Shown piece by piece: positions 7,838 through 13,241 of a stretch of 32,000 nt of DNA. Within the stretch, counting starts at the first letter, position 1; the number at the start of each line of letters is the position of its first letter. The position numbers were made by a program, and so were the translations under genes. A model generated the notes under the pieces. The model was given only the letters and a program-made list of their open reading frames with translations, ran no database searches and had not been told where the DNA came from. Source of the stretch: Coprobacillaceae bacterium (GTDB taxonomy: Bacteria; Bacillota_I; Bacilli_A; Erysipelotrichales; Coprobacillaceae); assembly GCA_963675515.1 (NCBI GenBank), contig OY776328.1:420001-452000 (forward strand), in the 5' to 3' direction.

Positions 7838-8821
7838 ATGATGAACTATATGGTATTAGATGAAGAGCACATTCAAATGGAATTTGGAATTATCGGAGCT
7901 GTTACCTCGTTTCGAAAATATCCTTCGGGAGAACTGGAAAGTGTCAATGTCAGTGATATGAACATGGTGGTGACTCACGCTGGTGAGCTTATACCCGCCT
8001 ATACGACAACCGCCCGCAGAAAACAAAAACCCTCAATCACATTCAGCCGCAGCGGTCTGATCAAATCGGTCCATATGGAAGAACAGACTGAAATCGAAAC
8101 ACCGATCGGCACATTGCCTGCTGAATATGTGACCTTCTATGAAACCGGCGAAGTACACCGTGTATTTGTGACTGACGGACAAATCAGCGGCTTCTGGAGC
8201 GAGGAGGATGAGATGGAATATGTGATTCCTCTTACCTTTGAATTTGATTTCGCTAAATTCACCGCCCGGACAAACGGGATATGCTTCTATCGAAGCGGTG
8301 CGATAAAATCGATCACCCTCTATCCAGGAGAAGAAATAGAATTGCAGACTCCGGCTGGAAAGATGAAAACGAAAATCGGTTTCTCGCTCTATGAAAACGG
8401 GGAACTCGAATCGGTTGAGCCTAGCAGTGAAGTGCTGATCAACACACCGATTGGAATGTTTACGGCATCTGATTCGATGGCGGTGGGAGTGAATGCTGAC
8501 AAGAACTCGATCAAATTCAATGAATCAGGGGTGTTGGTTTCTTTCAAGACATCGGATCAAAGAGTCGTTGTCACAACTGACGAAGGAAGTTTCAAGATAT
8601 TCATGCCGGTTGAAGTGCCTCATCCGCTCCTGGATGATATGCCAATGCTGCTGCCAATGGAGATCAATTTCGACTTCAAAAAGGACACAGTCACCATCAA
8701 GACCGACAAAACCGGAGAATTCTCAATGGAAAAAGACAAGTTTGTCGTATCCCAACTGCCTAAAGACGGTCCGGGATGTTCGCCGGTTGATTGTGCGACA
8801 TGTTCAATCTGCAACAATTAA
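7838..8821 (+). CDS. Repeat protein (6-7 MORN/YwqK-like beta-hairpin repeats) with C-terminal CX4CX2CX2C tail; function unknown
   Basis: SD AGGAGG (7824-7829). The ATG immediately follows the previous stop. Repeated core [FY]-x-[SNT]-G-x-[LIV]-x-S-[VIF] occurs at residues 28, 69, 100, 150, 184 and 227 (YPSGELESV, FSRSGLIKSV, FYETGEVHRV, FYRSGAIKSI, LYENGELESV, FNESGVLVSF), often followed by ..TP[IA]G. The tail is GPGCSPVDCATCSICNN (Cys codons within 8777-8812). Confidence 0.7.
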   Translation: MMNYMVLDEEHIQMEFGIIGAVTSFRKYPSGELESVNVSDMNMVVTHAGELIPAYTTTARRKQKPSITFSRSGLIKSVHMEEQTEIETPIGTLPAEYVTFYETGEVHRVFVTDGQISGFWSEEDEMEYVIPLTFEFDFAKFTARTNGICFYRSGAIKSITLYPGEEIELQTPAGKMKTKIGFSLYENGELESVEPSSEVLINTPIGMFTASDSMAVGVNADKNSIKFNESGVLVSFKTSDQRVVVTTDEGSFKIFMPVEVPHPLLDDMPMLLPMEINFDFKKDTVTIKTDKTGEFSMEKDKFVVSQLPKDGPGCSPVDCATCSICNN

Positions 8822-8862
8822 TAAATAAATGCGCTGGAATTTTGATAATCCGGCAAGCTTTC

Positions 8863-8889
8863 AAAGGCGCATCCCTATGCGCTTTTTTT
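8863..8889 (+). terminator. Rho-independent terminator ending the nif maturation operon
   Basis: Stem GCGCAT (8867-8872) / ATGCGC (8877-8882), loop CCCT, followed by T7 (8883-8889). Confidence 0.8.
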
Positions 8890-8915
8890 GCGAATTGAGC
8901 ATGTTGTCCTGAACG

Positions 8916-8950
8916 CAAAAAAGGAAAGCTGTCATAGAAGCTGCTTTCCC
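8916..8950 (-). terminator. Rho-independent terminator of the regulator gene (minus strand)
   Basis: On the minus strand, GGAAAGC...GCTTTCC (plus coordinates 8923-8929 / 8944-8950) encloses the stop codon and is followed by TTTTTT (complement of A6 at 8917-8922). Confidence 0.6.
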
Positions 8951-9876
8951 ATATTTGTCACGTCGTATGCCTGCAGGGCGGAAACCTGTTCCTTGAATTC
9001 GTCGGACTGGATTATCCTGATCATCTGGGCGATTTCAGGACGCTTCAAGTCGCTTTTGCGCACCGCAAGATCGTATTGTTCCTGTTTTGCGAAGACGAAA
9101 TCGATATTGGGGAACTGGTTCGCGACACTTTTGGTTCCCCAGGCGCAATCGGCACCGCCCTTTGCGACCAGTGCGGCTGCTGCCAGGTGGGAGTTGACGG
9201 TTCGAGAATAACCGGCCACTTGCTCGTGCTCGATGCCCGTAGCCTTCATCAAAGAATCGGTAAGGACGCGGATACCGCTGCCTCTTTCCCGGTTCACCAT
9301 GATCACATCAGGGCGGGAAAGATCCTCGATGCCGATTATGTTTTTCGGATTGCCTTTTTTCACATATATCCCGACTGGCCGATTGGCGATATGGTAGAGA
9401 TTTATTTCCTCGCCAGGAAGCAGGCTTTTTATGAACGGAATATTGTAGGTGTCCGTTTCCATGTCCCATAGATGGGTTGTGGCCACGGTCACATTGCGTT
9501 TGTACATCGAATACAAGCCGTTGTAGCTTCCCTGATAAGACCTGATGAACTGGGTCCCATGCAATTGCTGGTTGACCGCCGAACAAAGCATGTCGATAAT
9601 CAGATCCTGCCCACAGACAATGATGTTTGTCGAAGAATCGGCGGCATCGGTCGTTGTCACATCCTGGTCGATAGTTGTTATGGCCTGCTCCAAAGGAGGT
9701 TTAGGACTGGTAGCGCCCGGATCCAAGAGGGCGTAAACATCGGATTCCCATATTCGAAATTGCTTGCCCACTTTGGTGGCCGGCAGTCTGTTTTTCTTGA
9801 TCATGTCATATATCGTATTCTGCCTTACTTTAAGGATGGCAGCCGCTTCCTTTGGCGATATCAGTTTTCTGTTCAT
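8932..9876 (-). CDS. Transcriptional regulator: excisionase/MerR-like HTH fused to a periplasmic-binding-protein-like (putative oxyanion/molybdate-sensing) domain
   Basis: The N-terminus ISPKEAAAILKVRQNTIYDMIKKNRLPATKVGKQFRIWESDV is a classic HTH_17/excisionase-type motif. The C-terminal ~230 aa has the PBP-like domain pattern found fused to HTH or MoeA in anaerobes. SD AGGAGAGG (complement of 9884-9891). Divergent from modABC. Confidence 0.7.
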   Translation of the reverse strand: MNRKLISPKEAAAILKVRQNTIYDMIKKNRLPATKVGKQFRIWESDVYALLDPGATSPKPPLEQAITTIDQDVTTTDAADSSTNIIVCGQDLIIDMLCSAVNQQLHGTQFIRSYQGSYNGLYSMYKRNVTVATTHLWDMETDTYNIPFIKSLLPGEEINLYHIANRPVGIYVKKGNPKNIIGIEDLSRPDVIMVNRERGSGIRVLTDSLMKATGIEHEQVAGYSRTVNSHLAAAALVAKGGADCAWGTKSVANQFPNIDFVFAKQEQYDLAVRKSDLKRPEIAQMIRIIQSDEFKEQVSALQAYDVTNMGKQLL

Positions 9877-9902
9877 AAGAGTTCCTCTCCTGCGTATTGG
9901 CT

Positions 9903-9908
9903 ATTATA
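9903..9908 (-). promoter_or_regulatory. Candidate -10 box (TATAAT on the minus strand) for the regulator gene
   Basis: The complement of ATTATA at 9903-9908 reads TATAAT, about 27 nt upstream of the start codon. Only a weak -35 (TTTGCT-like) is visible. Confidence 0.3.
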
Positions 9909-10015
9909 AGTATACCAAATCCAAAGCAAATACACTAGAAAAAAACACTAAACATAAAAAAACATAACAAACATGATAAAAACGTAATAAAACGCATTAA
10001 TAAATGAAAACAAAC

Positions 10016-10044
10016 TTGACAAAACATTATTATTGAGATAATAT
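10016..10044 (+). promoter_or_regulatory. Sigma-A-type promoter of modABC
   Basis: TTGACA (10016-10021), 17-nt spacer, TAATAT (10039-10044). Confidence 0.7.
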
Positions 10045-10092
10045 TGTCTTATCAACAAAGGGCTGTTCGGACTTCATTTATTTGTTGATAAG
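10037..10092. promoter_or_regulatory. Candidate operator region: GATAA-N7-TTATC palindrome over the -10 box, plus a perfect 12-bp inverted repeat
   Basis: GATAA (10037-10041), N7, TTATC (10049-10053). CTTATCAACAAA (10048-10059) and its exact reverse complement TTTGTTGATAAG (10081-10092) are separated by 21 nt. The 3' arm abuts the SD GGGGGAGGG. Confidence 0.55.
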
Positions 10093-10107
10093 GGGGAGGG
10101 TATTGCC

Positions 10108-10953
10108 ATGGAAAGAAATGTTTATGAATTGACGAGGTTTTACAAGGCTGTAAAAACAGTCAAGATGATTGGATTCTCATTTTTGATATTGTCGCTTGTC
10201 GGGTGTGGCCAGGCAACCGCAAATACAACAATCGAGCAGTTGACATTTGGCGATGTGGATACTGACAATGTGACAACTATCGCTTTGGGGAATTCTGATG
10301 TTCCGGTCGGGCAGTATTCACAGGAAATTTTCACAAATATGGGAGTGTGGGACAATATTCAATCAAAGATCTCTTATTGTTCGAATGTGAAAGACGTATT
10401 GTCGCAAGTTGAACAGGGGGCAGTCGACTGTGGGGTTGTTTACGCGACTGATGCGGCGACAAGCACTGGTGTGACGGTGGCTGATCTGGCGACCAGTGAG
10501 GAATTGCCTGTTGATGTGAGTTATCCGGTTGCGATAACTGCAAGTTCAACACAAAAGCAGGCGGCAGCGGTCTTCTTGAACTTCCTGCTGACTGACACAG
10601 CCAAAGCGGAATTCGAGAAAGTCGGATTCACAATGGACACAAACAAGACCAGCGAGGATATGGAATTCACAGATGACGTGACCCTGACCGTATTTGGCGC
10701 TGCAAGTCTGACCGAATCGCTGAGTGCCATCGAAACCGGGTTTGAGGAAGCTTATCCAAGCATCGATCTTGAAATAAATCTAAATTCCAGCGGGACCTTG
10801 AAAACCCAGATCGAACAAGGGGCTCAGGCTGATGTGTTCTTCTCAGCAGCCCAAAAACAGATGACCGGTCTGATCGAGGGTGGCTATATCGACGAGTCGA
10901 CCAAAATTGATTTGTTGGTAAATCGGGTCGTACTGATTGTACCTGCTCAATAA
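10108..10953 (+). CDS. modA: Molybdate ABC transporter substrate-binding lipoprotein, apparently circularly permuted ModA
   Basis: Strong SD GGGGGAGGG lies 7 nt upstream. Lipobox LSLVGC (Cys33). Residues ~57-176 (IALGNSDVPVGQY...NVKDVL...CGVVYATDA...YPVAI...KVGFT) align with the C-terminal half of canonical ModA. Residues ~191-281 (LTVFGAASLTESL...NLNSSGTL..QIEQGAQADVFFSA...NRVVLIVPA) align with its N-terminal half. Confidence 0.8.
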   Translation: MERNVYELTRFYKAVKTVKMIGFSFLILSLVGCGQATANTTIEQLTFGDVDTDNVTTIALGNSDVPVGQYSQEIFTNMGVWDNIQSKISYCSNVKDVLSQVEQGAVDCGVVYATDAATSTGVTVADLATSEELPVDVSYPVAITASSTQKQAAAVFLNFLLTDTAKAEFEKVGFTMDTNKTSEDMEFTDDVTLTVFGAASLTESLSAIETGFEEAYPSIDLEINLNSSGTLKTQIEQGAQADVFFSAAQKQMTGLIEGGYIDESTKIDLLVNRVVLIVPAQ

Positions 10954-10967
10954 AATAAGAAAGGGGA

Positions 10968-11645
10968 TTGGTGATTATGGACTATTTTCCGCTCTTCAAC
11001 TCAATCAGGATATCTTTGATAGCGACCGTAATCACCTTTTTCCTTGGTATCTTATGCGCATATTATATTGTGAAGTTGCCCCGGGTGATAAAGGGAGTTC
11101 TTGATACATTGCTTACCATTCCGATGGTGTTGCCCCCTACGGTAGTCGGTTTCATGATTCTGATAGTGATTTCGCCAAAAAGCGCCCTGGGCAAGCTGGT
11201 GGCAACTTACTTCAATACGACATTGACGATGAAATGGTACAGCGCGATCTTTGCGGTAGTGATGGTCACTTTTCCGCTGATGTATCGGACAGTGCGAAGT
11301 TCATTTGAATCGTTCGACCAGAATATTATCGCAAGTGCGAAAACATTGTGCCTGTCCAACACATACATTTTCTGGCATATCATCCTGCCAAACTGCAAGG
11401 AAGGCATTATCGCGGGAATCGTACTGGCCTTTGCGCGAGGTCTGGGGGAATACGGTGCTACGAGCATGGTGGCGGGCTATATCGCCGGAAAGACTTCTAC
11501 CATCGCCACGACAGTCGCTTATCTCTGGCAGACAAACCAGGACGGGGCGGCAATGAACTGGGTATTGATCAATCTTGCGATCTCGTTTGTGATCATGACT
11601 CTGGTCAATGTTTTTGAAAAGCAGGTCAGTATCGGAAGGAAGTGA
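10968..11645 (+). CDS. modB: Molybdate ABC transporter permease ModB
   Basis: Multi-TM protein with the EAA-loop region ASAKTLCLSNTYIFWHIILPNCKEGIIAGIVLAFARGLGEYGATSMVAG, typical of ModB/CysTW permeases. The start is likely ATG 10977 (SD AAAGGGGA at 10959-10966) rather than TTG 10968. Confidence 0.85.
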   Translation: MVIMDYFPLFNSIRISLIATVITFFLGILCAYYIVKLPRVIKGVLDTLLTIPMVLPPTVVGFMILIVISPKSALGKLVATYFNTTLTMKWYSAIFAVVMVTFPLMYRTVRSSFESFDQNIIASAKTLCLSNTYIFWHIILPNCKEGIIAGIVLAFARGLGEYGATSMVAGYIAGKTSTIATTVAYLWQTNQDGAAMNWVLINLAISFVIMTLVNVFEKQVSIGRK

Positions 11646-11649
11646 ATCA

Positions 11650-12717
11650 ATGTCTATCACATGCAGGATAAAAAAGAAACTGGGCAATTTCAATCTGGAC
11701 ATAGATTTTTCGGTTGACAGGGAAACTGTTGCATTGATCGGGGCTTCGGGATGTGGCAAAAGCGTTACTCTTAGATGCATTGCCGGGATTGAGACTCCCG
11801 ATGAGGGGCTGATCGTCATCAACGGGAAAGTGGTGTTCGACTCCAAAAGGAAAATCAACCTGGCACCTCAGAAAAGGAAAGTCGGTTACCTGTTCCAGGA
11901 TTATGCCCTTTTTCCCAATATGACAGTCGAAAGGAACATCAAAGCCGTGGTACCCAAGGGTGTTCCATATGATATCGATGAGATATTGGCCCGGTTTCAC
12001 CTTCTTGACCAGAAGGATCTGTATCCCCGGGAACTATCCGGGGGCCAGAAACAGCGCTGCGCCCTGGCCCGGATAATCGTGACCGACCCGGAAATAATCC
12101 TTTTGGACGAGCCGTTTTCCGCACTGGACAGTTATTTGCGCTGGCAGATGGAGCAGGAGGTCGTGTCGGTTATCCAACAGGCGAACAAACCTGCGATATT
12201 CGTATCCCATGACCGTGATGAGGTTTACCGGATCTCCGACAAAGTTGTTGTGGTCAATGAAGGAAAAAGTGACGAAATCCTGGAGAAACACATGCTCTAC
12301 CAGCATCCAAAGACATATGCGGATGCCCTGCTTACCGGATGCAAGAACATCTGCGAGGTTGAAATAAAGGGCGGCCATTTGCGAGCAAAAGACTTTGAAA
12401 TCACCATTCCTTATGATAAGATGAATGTGGGTGAAGCATTTCATCACGACAGGATACCGGCATCAATATCATATCTGGGAATAAGATCCAAGAAGATATT
12501 GCCTGCCCATCTGGCAGGTGGAGCTGGCGAAGTTGTCGTAATATCCTACGATATCGAAAGCGTAGCTGAGGGGTTATTTACCTATACACTGATGATCAGG
12601 CCTGAAAATGCGAAGAAAAGCATGTGCTGGGAAGTGTCGAAAGAAGTATATCGCAAACTTCAAGACCATCCCCGCAAAATCGCGATTCCGTTGAATGAAT
12701 GTTTATTGCTGGAATAA
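11650..12717 (+). CDS. modC: Molybdate ABC transporter ATP-binding protein ModC (with C-terminal TOBE-like region)
   Basis: SD GGAAGGAAG precedes ATG 11650. Walker A GASGCGKS, signature LSGGQKQR, Walker B ILLDEP, H-loop VSHD. The extra ~130-aa C-terminal domain is as in ModC/CysA. The 11608 start overlaps modB and is less likely. Confidence 0.85.
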   Translation: MSITCRIKKKLGNFNLDIDFSVDRETVALIGASGCGKSVTLRCIAGIETPDEGLIVINGKVVFDSKRKINLAPQKRKVGYLFQDYALFPNMTVERNIKAVVPKGVPYDIDEILARFHLLDQKDLYPRELSGGQKQRCALARIIVTDPEIILLDEPFSALDSYLRWQMEQEVVSVIQQANKPAIFVSHDRDEVYRISDKVVVVNEGKSDEILEKHMLYQHPKTYADALLTGCKNICEVEIKGGHLRAKDFEITIPYDKMNVGEAFHHDRIPASISYLGIRSKKILPAHLAGGAGEVVVISYDIESVAEGLFTYTLMIRPENAKKSMCWEVSKEVYRKLQDHPRKIAIPLNECLLLE

Positions 12718-12809
12718 TTAAACTCATCTTGAACCTTCCAAATTAAAGACGGTTTTTCCTGATAACAAACATAGGCTAATCTAAGTTGTAATAGTTAAAT
12801 ATATAGATC

Positions 12810-12838
12810 TTACAATAGAATCGCTCTTATTGTATGAT
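12810..12838 (+). promoter_or_regulatory. Near-consensus orphan promoter downstream of modC
   Basis: TTACAA (12810-12815), 17-nt spacer, TATGAT (12833-12838). Confidence 0.45.
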
Positions 12839-12844
12839 CAGTTC

Positions 12845-12965
12845 AATAAATCACTTTGTCTCTTTCTTTGTGGTTTATTCCATTGGGATGCTGCAACCAC
12901 TGATTTTGCAGTTCCCAGAACAAAAAGGCCGCACCGGACTCCAAATGGGTTTGGTGCGGTTTTTT
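12845..12965 (+). ncRNA. Candidate ~120-nt small RNA (three hairpins; the last is an intrinsic terminator)
   Basis: Hairpin 1: AAUAAAUCAC (12845-12854) pairs with GUGGUUUAUU (12870-12879), with one G-U pair, around a U/C-rich loop UUUGUCUCUUUCUUU. Hairpin 2: GGGAUGCUGCAA...UUGCAGUUCCC. Hairpin 3: CCGCACC (12929-12935) / GGUGCGG (12953-12959) plus U6. There is no SD-preceded ORF. Confidence 0.35.
12929..12965 (+). terminator. Rho-independent terminator (ends the candidate sRNA and/or the mod operon)
   Basis: 7-bp GC-rich stem CCGCACC/GGTGCGG, 17-nt loop, T6 (12960-12965). The upstream A-run gives weak bidirectional potential. Confidence 0.7.
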
Positions 12966-13190
12966 AGGTGTGCCGGGCATGGCCATAATTTCCGGATATG
13001 ATCGCAATGGAGTTGATTGTGAAGGGATTGTCCGGTACGTTATGGAAAATGGGAGTGCTTATGTTAAGTTTGGGCAACGAACTTTACCTGAAATTAACGC
13101 AATATGACTGTTTTTATGCGAGTTTATGTAACCACAAATCCGATAAATGGGCAAATAAATTATAATGACTCAAAAAATATATATTTTTCT

Positions 13191-13219
13191 TTACAATTTC
13201 ATTTTTGTGCCATTATAAT
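13191..13219 (+). promoter_or_regulatory. Promoter of the Na/Pi cotransporter gene
   Basis: TTACAA (13191-13196), 17-nt spacer, TATAAT (13214-13219). SD GGAGAG lies before ATG 13242. Confidence 0.6.
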
Positions 13220-13241
13220 GTACGGGTAGGAGAGTGATTAT

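Noticed and set aside
8888-9909. Plus-strand ORFs 8888-9211, 9076-9471, 9472-9909 and 9545-9736, opposite the regulator gene
   Set aside because: They are antisense to a CDS with clear HTH and PBP-like motifs. Translations are Arg/Cys/Gly-rich with no motifs and no SD.
10045-10107. Possible molybdenum-cofactor (Moco) riboswitch in the modA leader
   Set aside because: The leader is only ~55 nt from the predicted TSS to the ATG. This is far shorter than the Moco RNA motif, and it lacks its multi-stem architecture. The palindromes are better explained as protein operators.
11608-11649. Upstream start (11608) for modC
   Set aside because: It would overlap modB by 38 nt. ATG 11650 is preceded by GGAAGGAAG at proper spacing and yields a normal ABC N-terminus.
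11301-11858. 185-aa minus-strand ORF spanning the modB/modC junction, and plus-strand alternative frames 11305-11617
   Set aside because: They overlap ModB and ModC, which carry canonical permease and ABC motifs. There are no SDs and no motifs.
12835-12993. Small ORF (~52 codons) starting at ATG 12835 in the modC-downstream intergenic region
   Set aside because: The start codon lies inside the putative -10 box, there is no SD, and the frame reads through an intrinsic terminator hairpin. It is more consistent with non-coding RNA or a 3' UTR.
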